From: Rhizodiscina lignyota
Taxonomy: Eukaryota
Length of the DNA: 64,000 bases
Direction of reading: 5' to 3'
Assembly (NCBI GenBank): GCA_010015805.1
Contig: ML978127.1
Location: forward strand, 310,001 to 374,000
Shown here: piece after piece, positions 36,370 through 48,412 of the stretch
Position numbering within the stretch: the first letter of the stretch is position 1
Layout: every line of letters starts with the position of its first letter
Notes under the pieces: generated by a model
What the model was told of the DNA's origin: nothing
What the model saw: the letters and a program-made list of their open reading frames with translations, nothing else
Databases searched by the model: none
Translations under genes and position numbers: made by a program

Positions 36370-37611
36370 ATGGCGCCGGTACTTACATTTTGGAAAGACC
36401 TCAATACGGATCCTGCACCCTTGAAGCAGCAGCCGGTTATCCCTCGGCATATATTGGTCATTGGTGGAGGCGTGTCTGGACTCGTGACAGCATGGTGCCT
36501 CCTGGATAAGGGCTACAAGGTGACTATTCTTGCGAGGGAGTGGGCGAACACCACGAAGAATGGTCGGCTCACAGCCCAAATTGCCGGTGCGCTGTGGGAA
36601 TATCCTCCGGCTGTATGTGGTTCCCATACAAACGAAACGTCGCTGGCATATTCGAAATCTTGGGCAATGATAGCGTACCACATCTGGTATGCCATTGCCA
36701 ACACAGCGGGGTTGAATTCCGGGGTGCGGGTGATGCCCGCCAGATTCTTTTTCCCATATGCAATCGAAGAAGATCGTCGACAGTACCTGAAGATGAAGGG
36801 CATCGAGGCAAGTGGTGTTCAGGACTTTGTCCACGACAGCAAGTTGGCTGACTCTCTGGAAATTGATCCCGACTACGGCGTGAAGGATGCCTACCAGCAT
36901 CAGTCTATCATCATCGATACCGATCAGGCTATGGAGTGGCTCACGGTCCTTGTCAAGGCTAAAGGAGCGTCCTTTGCATTGGCATCGGTAGATCAAGATC
37001 TTCTTCTTCTTGAAGATGCTCTGCGACTTCACTTCTTTGCGGACGCCATCGTCAACTGCTCCGGCTTAGGGAGCAAAGTCCTCGCCAACGACACGACGTG
37101 TTATCCGCTACGTGGTGCACTCTTACGTCTCGTCAACGACGGGAAGGACTTTCCAAAAATCAATTCTGCCCTTGCTATCTCCGCCGATGCTGCGCAAAAA
37201 GACAATGGCATCATATTCCTAGTACCGCGCAACGAAAATATCTTGATCCTCGGAGGTATCGCGCAAGCGGGAGAGGAGAAGTTGGATCTCACCCTCGATA
37301 GCCCCGCCATTCAAGAAATGCGGAAGCGTTGTGAGGAATTCATGCCCTGCCTGAAGAACGCAAAGCTCGATCCGGACTATCCACTCGCCCAAGGGCTTCG
37401 TCCGGCGAGGAAGGACAACATCCGCGTGGAGCGAGAGCTTCGAGCACGAGCAAACGGCAAGCCGAGTCGGGTGGTCCATAACTATGGACATGGTGGTTCC
37501 GGCTGGAGTCTGTCTTTCGGTTGTGCAGCAGAGGTGGTTGAGTTGATTGAAGAGGCTTTGGCTGAGATCCCCCCAAGTGCGATGGCGACTTTGCAGAAAG
37601 CGAAGCTTTGA
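36370..37611 (+). CDS. D-amino-acid oxidase family FAD oxidoreductase, intronless, PTS1 (AKL)
   Basis: VIGGGVSGL, IVNCSGLGS, PLRG, QGLRPAR, VVHNYGHGGSGWSLSFGCA; ends AKL. Confidence 0.92.
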   Translation: MAPVLTFWKDLNTDPAPLKQQPVIPRHILVIGGGVSGLVTAWCLLDKGYKVTILAREWANTTKNGRLTAQIAGALWEYPPAVCGSHTNETSLAYSKSWAMIAYHIWYAIANTAGLNSGVRVMPARFFFPYAIEEDRRQYLKMKGIEASGVQDFVHDSKLADSLEIDPDYGVKDAYQHQSIIIDTDQAMEWLTVLVKAKGASFALASVDQDLLLLEDALRLHFFADAIVNCSGLGSKVLANDTTCYPLRGALLRLVNDGKDFPKINSALAISADAAQKDNGIIFLVPRNENILILGGIAQAGEEKLDLTLDSPAIQEMRKRCEEFMPCLKNAKLDPDYPLAQGLRPARKDNIRVERELRARANGKPSRVVHNYGHGGSGWSLSFGCAAEVVELIEEALAEIPPSAMATLQKAKL

Positions 37612-38104
37612 AACTCCCTTCTTAATGGACACCTGGAAAGAAACCTGCAGTACGTCTCTTCTTGGGAAACTTTCGGCCGGAGAGCGTCAGAATACCATTG
37701 GCTGCATTTCATTTGGCTTGTCCTTTGCATTTCTACATTGCGTCTTGGACAAACGGATTTTTAGGGAGAAGTTGGAATGTGGACATTACGTCTACGGCTT
37801 GAATCAAACTGCAACGTAAAGATTATGAAGAACACATTATATGATACGAAATTTCTTTTGACTGTGATCTTACGATAATCCGATCAGTCAAATGCATATG
37901 GAGTAGCAATGATTGGTGAGGTTGACTCCAGCTCCAGCCCAGCTGTGCAAATCGCGCTAACCATTTTTGGATGAGCACCCCTTGGCACTCTTGGCGCGTC
38001 AGCTGCGGACCTCCCTGACCTCAGTTGTTGCGCCTATGTATCCTGCTCCTTCAACTATCAATCGCAATATATTTTATTTGGATACAACTCGAAGCTCATG
38101 CAGG

Positions 38105-39573
38105 ATGTCCTCCAATAATGGCTCAGATATCGCATCTGACACGATCGATGCAATTGAAAGCGCTTCTCAAGCTCCTGCGTCTTCGCTCCCAAGACGAAGC
38201 CCCCTGAAGGAACTATCAACCAACCACATACCATCGCCTGCGCAATTGCACCCATCAGACCAATGCGGGCGCTCGAGCATGCCGGCCATCAGTGAGACGC
38301 CCAAAAAGCACCTTCACATCTATCAACAGCCCACTCATGCCACGCAACCAAGAACAAGTGAGCCGTCGGTCGCGTTGGACCAACCTTATCGCTTGACATT
38401 TGGGAAATATCAGGGACAGTTGCTGGATGATGTCCCCGGAAGCTACATTGGATTTCTAAAGAAGAAAGGTATCCCGCGGAATATTCCTGCTTTAAAAGCC
38501 GCCATCGACGCCTGGGATCAGCGTAGGGAGCTCGTCAAACGAGAGGCAATATCATCCCAGAAATCACTTGAACCCTCGTCAAGTCTAGGCCCAATAGCAT
38601 CACAGCATGTGAGACATTCACAACCACCATCTACACCATTAAGAACGCGACTAAGATCGCGCTCATCAAGCCCGGCATTCGAGTCGGATGACCGGCCTGC
38701 TGCGAAACGAGCTCGTCATTCTAAGGGACTATTGCCATTCAATGCAAGCCCATCCTCAAGCCTACCTCCACCGTCGAGTGCTCCTGTTGGATCAAGTTAT
38801 CAACATTCCGCTCTAACCACTCCTTTGAATGATGTCGCACGAGCGGCTCCCCGTCAAGCTGTCCTCCCCCGTCGAGCTATCCTCCCCCGTCGAGCCTCCC
38901 TCTGCCGACCGGCTCACAATCTTCAGATCACGAATATCGATTCAACTTTGGAAAGCATGTTGGAAAGACTTTATTGGAAGTGGACCGCAGCTATATCATA
39001 TATCTGAGAAAGCAAGGTGCCTTTGAAAGGAACAAGGTCCTTGCAGCAGCAGTGGCGGAATTTGAACAAAAATACCCGCCAGGTTCGCGATACACATTCA
39101 CATTCGGGAAATACGTCGGGCTGGGTCTCAAGGATGTACCAGACCATTACATCCAATATCTGAGGGACACGAATGCCGCTGCAGAGCACGAGGATCTGCG
39201 CGAGGCGTTATATTACTTCGCCACACGGCCGAGGACGACCTCGGAGTTGCGAGCAGAAAAGGCGGCATCGAGGAAGCAGAAGAAGCTCGGCGGGGTTCGC
39301 ACCGGCAGCAGTTTCACGGGAGGCAACCGATTTGAGTTTTACAATTTCACGGAGAATGGAGAGAGTATCTTGATCACTCCGACTCAAGCGCTCGAATATT
39401 TCCATCTACAACAATCCGACATCCACGAGGCTCGAGTACAGACATCGAACAGATACGCTAAATTGTACGATCTTCGTGGTGTTTATCGTATTGCAAAGGA
39501 AATGAATTCATGCGTGGGAGAGACACCGATGCAGGCGATGAGGAGGTTCAAGAGTGACTGCCATAATCATTGA
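38105..39573 (+). pseudogene. Protein with three FGK[YH]xG (DUF3820/ExoX-C-like) repeats and XPA-C-like tail; 1-bp frameshift at about 38850
   Basis: Repeats YRLTFGKYQGQLLDDVPGSYIGFL, YRFNFGKHVGKTLLEVDRSYIIYL, YTFTFGKYVGLGLKDVPDHYIQYL; adding one C to the C4 run at 38849-38852 fuses both ORFs. Confidence 0.65.
38847..38898 (+). repeat. 18-bp coding tandem repeat x3 (PPPSSx)
   Basis: ctcccc-gtcaagctgtc / ctcccccgtcgagctatc / ctcccccgtcgagcct; first unit one C shorter. Confidence 0.85.
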
Positions 39574-39634
39574 GAGTTGCTACAGCATCAAAGTACATTT
39601 CTTTCATCGCAATGCACACATTCTCAAGAACGTT

Positions 39635-41170
39635 CTACTTCTTCTCGACGAAAGGTGTCTCGAAGGGCCTCTCTGCCTGCGGAGTAATGCGTGCTAGATG
39701 TCGCCTTGCGCCGTCTTCCCAGTCGAGCAATGCCGAATGTGCTGTTACACGATTCTGATATCACAGTTTTGTCAGTATGCTTTCTTCCTCGCGATGCAGT
39801 TCTACAGATGGCGTGCTAGCATATCACAAAAAGTGCCTTAGAAGAGACATTGGAAACTTACATCCCAGACCACAACGGTACCTGGTGCCCACTTCACCCG
39901 CACTTGGAAATCTTGGCCCTTGGCGATATGGTCGAAGAGAAATTTGAGCAGGTATTCGGACTCTTCCTGCTTGTAACCAATGATGCGGCGTGTGACTTTT
40001 CAATGCGGTCAATATGAATCATTCCGAGGAATACTTTCGTCTTAACTCACATTGAGGATTCACGTAGAGAGCTTTCTCTCCCGTCGCCGGATGTGTCCGA
40101 ACAAGGGGGTGGATATTCGAAACAGGGTCACGGCGTACAAGGCCGCCGCGTGCCTTGCTGCTCTCGGCCTGTTGAACCGCTGCATTGAGTGGTACATGTT
40201 AGGCATGCATTCGATCTGTAGAGATAAGAACGACAACGTACCAGAATGCAGACATGTCAGACCATGCAGCCTCTTTTGGAATTCCGGAGACAGTCTGCTG
40301 TACGCGACAGCCTGGTTGCAGAAGAGCGTATCGCCACCAGCGTCTGGAACCTCCAGGACATAGAGGATGGTTGTACCCGGCGGCTGTTGTTCATATCTAA
40401 AGAGCAATGAGACGTCCAGTTGCGGGAGCAGAATGCCGATCTACTTACGTAACATCTGAGTGCCACTGCACGGAATTTGTCCTCGTCTCGAAGAAGTCTT
40501 TAGATGTCGTATCATGAGCACCACGATGGACAAGATGCACCTCCGGATGGCCCTCTGGGGCGCCGCTTGTTGGGTGGACGTGGTGTCGTCCGAAATAGCT
40601 TCCGAACTCGAGAGCCTCTGAAATGGGCAAATCCGCAAAGTCTTGGTCACGGAAAGCTGGTTTGACGCAGGTTAGTGCTACTGAGAGGAGAGTCGGGAGC
40701 CCAAGGTATTGAAGGTGTCTTACCGACGACTTTCTTCTGCGCGACAAAGAGTGCTAGCTCATCTCTCCCCTTGCTGTCAAGCTTGCTGAGCTGGATACCC
40801 TTCACTTCAGCGCCAATGTTTGCCGTAAGGTCCGCGACTTCAGCACCTTTGAGGAGGTTGGGAAATGCTGGGTCAGCATCTTTCCCGTGGTCGTAGTGCT
40901 CGAATGGCTCCAGAGGAGGATACCTGATACCTCAATGTCAATTATTTTGTTTAGCAGTGCCTAGCGAGAAGTATACTTCGTGTCGAAGTTCCATGTGGGC
41001 AGATAATTTGGATACTTGGCGGGGGCAATTCCTCCACTGCCCTCAAGCTCTTTATTCTTATTGTAACTTGTTGGCCCAGCGTTGAAGATGTCCTTGTAAT
41101 CACCAGCACCAGTCACTGTAACAGACTTCTGCGTCTGCACCTGTGAGGTGGTTGTAGTCGAGGAGCTCAT
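39635..41170 (-). CDS. TauD/JLP1-like alpha-ketoglutarate-dependent sulfonate dioxygenase, 6 introns
   Basis: Spliced exons give DLTANIGAEVKG, VAFRDQDF, WHSDVTYE (HxD), GGDTLF, HPLVRTHPATGEKALYVN, VVVWDNRVTAH, RHLARI. Confidence 0.93.
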
Positions 41171-41724
41171 GGTGTGCCCAAATTTACCAATTTTCCTAGA
41201 AATTGTAGTAATACAAATTGACCTGAACTGAATATTACAAGTAAGGACTCCAATTGGTGTTGCAATGTTGTTTGTACTAATAACTTCTACTCTATCTTCT
41301 CTTTAAACGTGACTTATTCGGATAAGTCGGGAGTCTCGGCAGAGGCGAGATAGCACGGGAGCTAAACCTGGCTCCGACTGGGAAGTAAAGATGAGCGCAT
41401 ATTGCATACTTATCCAGGAAAGTCGTGTAATGATTTGCTTTAAATTATTTGGTCGCCGAACATGACGGAGAATTCCTCTCCGCTAGTACAAGATGAGAGT
41501 GTACGTACATTAATCCAGATCAAGAGTCGCGCATCATCATCCGCACAATTCTTTGCATTCATCATAATCAAGTTAATGGGATCGTCATAATATACAATTT
41601 TATGATTCCAACGCAAAGTAAAGCCAGCAAAATGTCAATCTCGAATCAGAACAACCGCCGTGTCAACATCCACCCACATAAACTAGATAATTCAACAACT
41701 TTCAGGTCCGTATTCTGGATCGCC

Positions 41725-44042
41725 CTAGGCAACATCAGGGGTGTCCAAGTAGATAGGAAGAGTCTTCCCTGCAAGATCAGCCTGAATCTGCAAGGCTAAG
41801 AATCTGGAGTAGAATCTGGTTTGCCCAATACCACCGCCGGCGTACCAGATAGTGGGATCTATTATCACCATCAGCAGTGTACGTCTCAGATGGTACAGTA
41901 ACGGATACTTACGGCCGATGGGCCTCCACAAACCTCTCATCTCACCTTCTTTGTCACACTTCCACTGATCCTCAGTCTTCTGCTCCATCTCTTCGCCAAT
42001 AAGAGCTGCAATCTGGTCTCGAGAGTTGATATCAAAGCCAGTGGCATAAAGCACGATGTCCGCTTCGAGGTGATCGCCATCATCAAACGCAAGACCGGTC
42101 TCGGTAAAACTCTTGATGGAAGCTCCGGATTTGACCTTGATCTGCTTGACATGAGCTTGTGTAATTGGCAGAGGAAAAAGTGCTGCTCACCGAGCCATCG
42201 GCAACCAATGCAGAGGCCCCAACATCCATGTAGTGACCTCCGAGTCTCTCATAAAGAATGTGAACGAAGTCGATATCCTTGATGACCTTAAATCCCCGCC
42301 TCTCCAACGCCTCGAAACGCTCGGGATCATTTCTCGCATGACCATTCAGACCCTCGTTGGCTAACAGCCTTGTAACCGCACATGGAACACCCTGGAATCC
42401 CCTGTCCGCCAGCTCAATGTTCGTATCGGCGTTGTAGAGCGGTTCGATGGCGTCACGCTGGTACTCGGCAGGAACGATGCAGGTTGGATTGCGTTGAACA
42501 AGAGTGACACTCTTGACGCCAGCTTCGAGGCAGTCTTCGGCGATATCATGGCCAGTATTCGCTGTACCAATGATGACTACCTTCTTGCCCTTCCACGGCC
42601 AAGCATTCATATAAGCAATTGAGTGCAAGTCGGTGCCTTGGAATACTTCCTATTTATGTGTAAAATTAGTCTTATGCATCAACATCATGTGGGGCTTGGT
42701 CATCGATGCTCACTCGGTTCGGGATATTCGGTGTTTTCGGAATACTTCCACCACCGCCAATGGCAAGAACAAGGTGCCTGCAAGTGATGGTGAAGCATTT
42801 TCTCGGCTGTTCCAACTCAAGGACCCAAACGTCATGGCCCTCGTTGTAAGTGGCACGCTTGAGGGTTGTGGCTAGCCACAAGTTGGAGTGCTACGTGACT
42901 GAGAATCAGCGTATCGGACACCGCCAGCACAGCAGAATTTCGCTTACAAGACGGAATTGTTCACAGAAGGTTTGATAGCCCTTAACGATGTGTTTCTTTC
43001 CAAGGTAATAGGGGTCCTCTCGTGGGAATACCTTGCCGAATGGGAGCTGACTGATATCTTTGGAAGTGTGAACTAAATGAAAGTATCAGTAGGCATTCCC
43101 TGATTTAGAAACGAAGAGTCTCACGCTTGACGGAGTCGTATCTGTCTTGCCAATTGCCACCGATTGAGTTATACTTTTCAAGAGCAATACAGTTGTGTAC
43201 ACCTCCGGCTTTCAGTCTACCCAGGATGCAGAGACCGGCTTGTCCTCCGCCTACAACGACAGCGTCGAAATGAGTTCTGTCCGGTGGGATCTCATAGCCA
43301 GTCGGGCCATTAATATCACGTTTAATATCTGCATCACATGTTAACTTTATGGTTCTAATGGCCGGTAGCTGGTCAATTCATACCTGTAGAGTATATAGGG
43401 GCAGCAGTCTAATCTAAGTCAGTGGAAACTCGCTCATCGGACTGTTCAACTTGCCTCTGGATGCGGGAAAGAGTGTGTGACGCTGTCAACCTTCTTCCTA
43501 GCTGTTTTCGCCTGGATCTGTTCCTTGTCCCCAGGGAGCACAGAAGGAGCAATTGGATCATAGACATCAACGTTTGGCATTCCATCATTCTGTTCAAGGA
43601 CTGTAGCGAGCATCCAGCACTTCCAATCTTTCTCACCCTCCTTTGGGGGAACGGCACCAATGATCCCAGAGCATCTTCCAGGCGTGGGGCCAGTTGTGCT
43701 GAACTGGTACATGCCCTGAATCCAACCAACATCCGGACGCTTAATCACCCGGATGCTACCAGGCATGAACTTGAAGTCCACTGGCATGTGGACGGCTGTC
43801 CTCTCAGCCCAGGCCGCTGCGATGGTCTTAGCACCATGAAGGGCGCGGAGGGATCCAGTCAACGAGCAGAGGTCGCGCCACCATGAGTCCTCCCTGAAGA
43901 AGGTATGGTCTATCTTGTAGTTGAGCTTGTTGACAAGGCCTGACAAAACTGCCTGAAAGTCAATTCCATCCGGGATCACCTCTCTAGGCAACTTCCCAGG
44001 CAGGTTGGAGACTGGAACGGCAGGGACTTTGTCTGCCTTCAT
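41725..44042 (-). CDS. Flavin-containing monooxygenase with N-terminal NTF2-like extension (type II FMO-like), many introns
   Basis: FFREDSWWRDLCSLTGSLR N-domain; VVGGGQAGL, GGNWQDRYDS, FQGTDLHS, IIGTANTGHDIAED, YATGF, SRFLALQIQA. Confidence 0.88.
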
Positions 44043-46841
44043 TGTTTGGATTTAGAAGAGAAAGAGAAGTCGATTTAGAATATAGTAGTACGCACGAGAT
44101 CGTTCGGAGTTCGACTGGATCAAACGAGACTTGGTGTCTTTTCGCTGAAATATGATTATATATCCACCTAACGACCATCGGCTGGACATATCCAAATCGA
44201 CATACGTCATTGTCATTTAACCATCAAAGAAGAATATACCTTAATAGAGTGTATCACTCCCATTGTGTCACCCAAAGATTGCTTTCGGTTCCGGCACTTT
44301 CAACTCAATGTGTTTTTCGACGACCGAATATCTATGCGGAAGCAGATGGATGGACAACAGTCAGCTAAGTCAAAAAAATTACTCCAGTTGCTCCGAGAAG
44401 GTGTAACAATGTGGTGGAGGTCCAAGTACGTCGTCGTCTATACTTTGCCTCGAGTGGCGCTGCTCGTGAACATGGCCGCCCAGCGCCATGGATCATCAAG
44501 CAGAGCGCAGAAGCTTACAGCAACTAAGACTGGCCTAATGTCTCGGCGATGGGTCTAACGAGTACTTCATTGAGAGTTGCAGGAGACGGCCATAGAGATT
44601 TGCAAAAAGCATGCTCTATATTTCGGCATAGCGCAACGTCCTTTCAGGGATGAGACTTTAAATGGGGATTCGTCTGCTCGATAGGGCAATATGCGGCGCG
44701 TGGCTGATTCTGTTAAGGTTAGAGGCCGCTGACGGAAGTCCTGCGATTCGTAGCTTGCAGAGCATTTGACGCTGAGCATGAGTCGTGGATAAGCAGATCG
44801 ACGAAGGGGACTTTGGAGCCAAAAGGCTTGTTTCTACGTCGCCAGATCCCCCGGTTCTTGGCAAACAAGCGAAATGAGATGCGCGCAGAATCTCACTCTT
44901 TTGCAAGGAATATTTCAGCCTCTTCTGCATTACATATGCAATCCGTCTCTTACCCACATCACAATGCTTCTTTGATTCCCATATGTCTCAGCGATGGCTT
45001 TTTGGCAGACTCCCTCGTAGGGTGGATCGCATTCGGCCGCAAAACCGTGCCGATGGGATCGAGGTTATTCCCCTCGTAATGGCTCGTATTGACGCAGCTA
45101 TACGGCAAGCGACTGCGTACTCATTTGTCTTTCTACTTCTCCTTACTATATTTGGCAAAGACCTAAAATGTAAAATCCCATTGCTGTTCGTTCCGCCCCA
45201 TTCGACGACCTGTCAGCAACCAAATATGTCTCAATTCGCGACTTTCCCGTCATGTGCCACGATAATTTTCCTATTACGTGCAATGGTACTATGCGGATGT
45301 TCATTTCCCATCATTGTTTGAGTCCTCAGCATCATTCGATCTTGGGAGACATAGAAACATCATCCGTTGTAAAGATCGAATTCCCGGTATTTTACATTGC
45401 GATGGATGCGTCATGCTCCGCCCCCATCTTCACGCCCAATTATTTTCCCAACAGCTGAAGGTATTTGCATGAGATTACATTTAAGTTAAACTGAGCATGG
45501 ATATCTCTGCGTGGGCGCGCTCGGCAAAGTTCTTGCTGAGACAGAGGCAGAATATCATTCTTGCCGGCGTAAGCAATCCATATTTGTCTAATGATAATGC
45601 GGGACACTGAAGACCAACTCAACCAGCAGTAGGTAAGTCGGCTTTCACACTTACCGGATGGAGTATCTGAATTCTTCTGAGATTCGACTTGAAACATGAT
45701 TGCTGAATGAAAAGCTCGTAGGAATATACGGCGAGGCTGCACAAATAGAACTGTTCCGAGTGAAGAGCAGAAGAGCTTCAAAGTTTTCATTGGGATGAAC
45801 AATAGGTCATACGATAGCACTTTGAGCAGTGCTACAAATGGCCAACACAAGAAGGATGAAGCACTACTGCCCCAAAGCCTCTATTCGCCTTGGATCACTC
45901 AAACACCTCAGTACACGTGTACTCCATAGTCACCACACGAACCAGTTAAAGCCAGTCGTCTAACACATTGCCCAGGCATCATAATCGACGTCAACGAACC
46001 ACAGAGATTGAAGCTAGGATCCAGCTTTTTGTTTGGCGAAGTGAGTCTCCCCTCAATGCAGTCAAAATATGGCCTGTTCCAACCAGGACCTCACTTCATG
46101 AAGATTACGCTGATGTCAATAGATCCTTCCACCTCTCCTCATGTGCTACAGCATCTCCTGGTACTGCCGAGAGCCCAACTGTACGAGCCCAGCCCTTTCA
46201 TCATTCGAAAGGTATCCTCAGCAGCAATCATGGATTGAGCACGCTCAACGAAACAATCTGCCAACGGACAGGGTCGCATGTAAGGGATATGTGAATTATC
46301 AGTGGAAGTCCCCAATACGAAGATGCCAGCAGCATCAGATAGAGGCGCAAACAGCGTGCGAGGAACGCAGAAGAGGGTTTCACTTCCGCGAAGCTTCTAA
46401 AGATCAGCAAGGGCAGTCTTCCGAGGATTGTTGGGCATGCAGCTGCGATGGTCCGCGCGGCGTTCATCCATTTGTAGAGGCACAAAAGCTTGAGCAAATG
46501 CATATTGTGCGAGAGAGTAATTGATGTTGTATTACATCAACGAGGGAGCTCTTCAATCTCAGCGTGGAGTTGGGGAATTGCATCACACAATTAAGACATG
46601 ATCTCAACTTGTAATGAGGTGAAACCTTCCACAACTATTGCCCAAAGACCTAACTATCCTGAACGCATATTACAATTTACAGTCACACAGTGTGTTTAAC
46701 TCCAGGGTGTACAAAAGTTGGGCCCAACATAAGCATATGCACCTCATTCCCAATGCTTTCCTCTCATCATGCTGTCCCATCTAATGATCTAAAGGCTGCG
46801 TAAAGTCTCGAAAGGATCCAACCCTTGCAGAAATTTGTGTC

Positions 46842-48412
46842 TCAAGGCAAAATTCGCACCTTCGTGCCATGCAAGTTAGAGCATGTTAGTGTCAGCTTCT
46901 CAGTCCACGGTCGCGCGTCGACAGATCCGATGGTACCGGAGCCGAACTCCTGGAGGAGGCGCACAGTGACGTACGACGTTTCCAATATGGCAAATTCCTG
47001 TCCCAGACACCTCCGAGGACCACCAGAAAATGGGAGGTACTCGTAGTAAGGAAGAAAAGGGGCTTTCCACCGCTCTGGGTGGAATTCATGGGCGTCATCG
47101 CCCCAGATGTCTGCGCGGCGATGTAATGCATAAGTGTTCCACCCCACGATTGTGCCAACTGGAATATGCAGCGGAGTTGTGCCATCAAGACCCCCACCCA
47201 TAGGTAGCGTAGTAGCGCGAACGCATGTGCGGGAGTTGAGCGGCACTGGGGGCCAGAGGCGTAGCGCTACAGTGCGTTAAATTCAGACGAACCAGGGAAG
47301 TTATGGAGAGATCGTGCGTGGGTCTTACCTTCACTGATGCAATTCAGCAGATACGTGAAGGCCTTTAGTTCATCGTATGTCGGTGGTTTGCCTTCGAGAC
47401 ATTTGATCTCTTGGAGTATCGCTTCTCGAACATCTTGGCGTTGGGAAATCATAAGCCAAAGATTACCGAGAAGGCTAGCAGTCGTGTCGCGGGCCGCAAG
47501 GAGCAAATGCAGGAGCTCAGAGCGCAGTTCAAGAGCATCTTGACTTGTTTCTGCCATATGATCGAGAACACTATACTGAGATGTCTTCTGCGGCCGACGG
47601 CCTTTCAAGGCTCCGTCCACATAATGGTCTACGAAGTCCCAAACCACGCGTCGATCGCTCTTGAACTTATGCCGAGGCCGGAACGATGCTATGATGCCAA
47701 GAACGTAGTTCTCCCGTATGCGGTCTTGTGCAGTGGCAAATGCGCAGCTGAATACCTTTGCTGATCTTCCGGCGCGTTCGGAGCCCCCAAGTTCAAGAAG
47801 ACTCAGCGCCGAGTTACCGAAGAAGTACTGTGTGGAGACGTCCATTGTATAGGAGAAGAAGAGCTCAGAAAGATCGACACTCGATCCATCTCGAGGAATG
47901 GCGCTAAGTAAGTTTTTGCAGTGGAGTTCGAACAGTCCTTCAACGGATCGTAACTCGTTATTCTTGAATGCCGGGCGAAAGAGTCGTCGAGAACGGCGCC
48001 AGGCCTCTCCATCATTGTTGAAAATGCCAAGTCCAAGTAGTGGCAGTGAAGCTCTTCGCCTTCTTGTGCCCATATCATAATCGCTGAAATTGGTAGACAA
48101 TATGACTTTTATGTTCGCAGGCTCGATGGTGTTGATGAAGTCGCCTCCCATGAATCGTTGATAGAATGTATTTCCGTATCTCTGATATGCGAAGGCTGCA
48201 GCATCAAGAACGGTGTGCCTTCTAACATTCTTATAGATATCGAAAACGATGTCGATGCCCCATGGCAGCTTCGTCGGTCGCCGTATCGCCGCAGCACTGA
48301 GATCTCGCTTTAAGGAGTGGTGAGGGGGGTATCCATGGATCATCCGGTAAAAGATCGAGGTAGCTACGGCAAGTATGAAAGCGATGAGGATATAACATGT
48401 CGCAACTGACAT
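46842..48412 (-). CDS. Cytochrome P450, CYP52-clan-like, 1 intron
   Basis: N-terminal TM; TIEPANIKVIL, LGLGIFNNDGEAW, LLAARDTTA (I-helix), EALR across intron, FHPERW, PFSGGPRRCLGQEFA. Confidence 0.95.

Noticed and set aside
36235..37032. 265-aa antisense ORF
   Set aside because: Shadow of the DAO gene
41391..41400. ATGAGCGCAT as a CYS3/MetR site upstream of TauD
   Set aside because: Does not fit ATGRYRYCAT consensus
44200..46800. 2.6-kb gap between FMO and P450 with many short ORFs
   Set aside because: No recognisable protein, repeat or TIR; a decayed gene cannot be excluded without BLASTx
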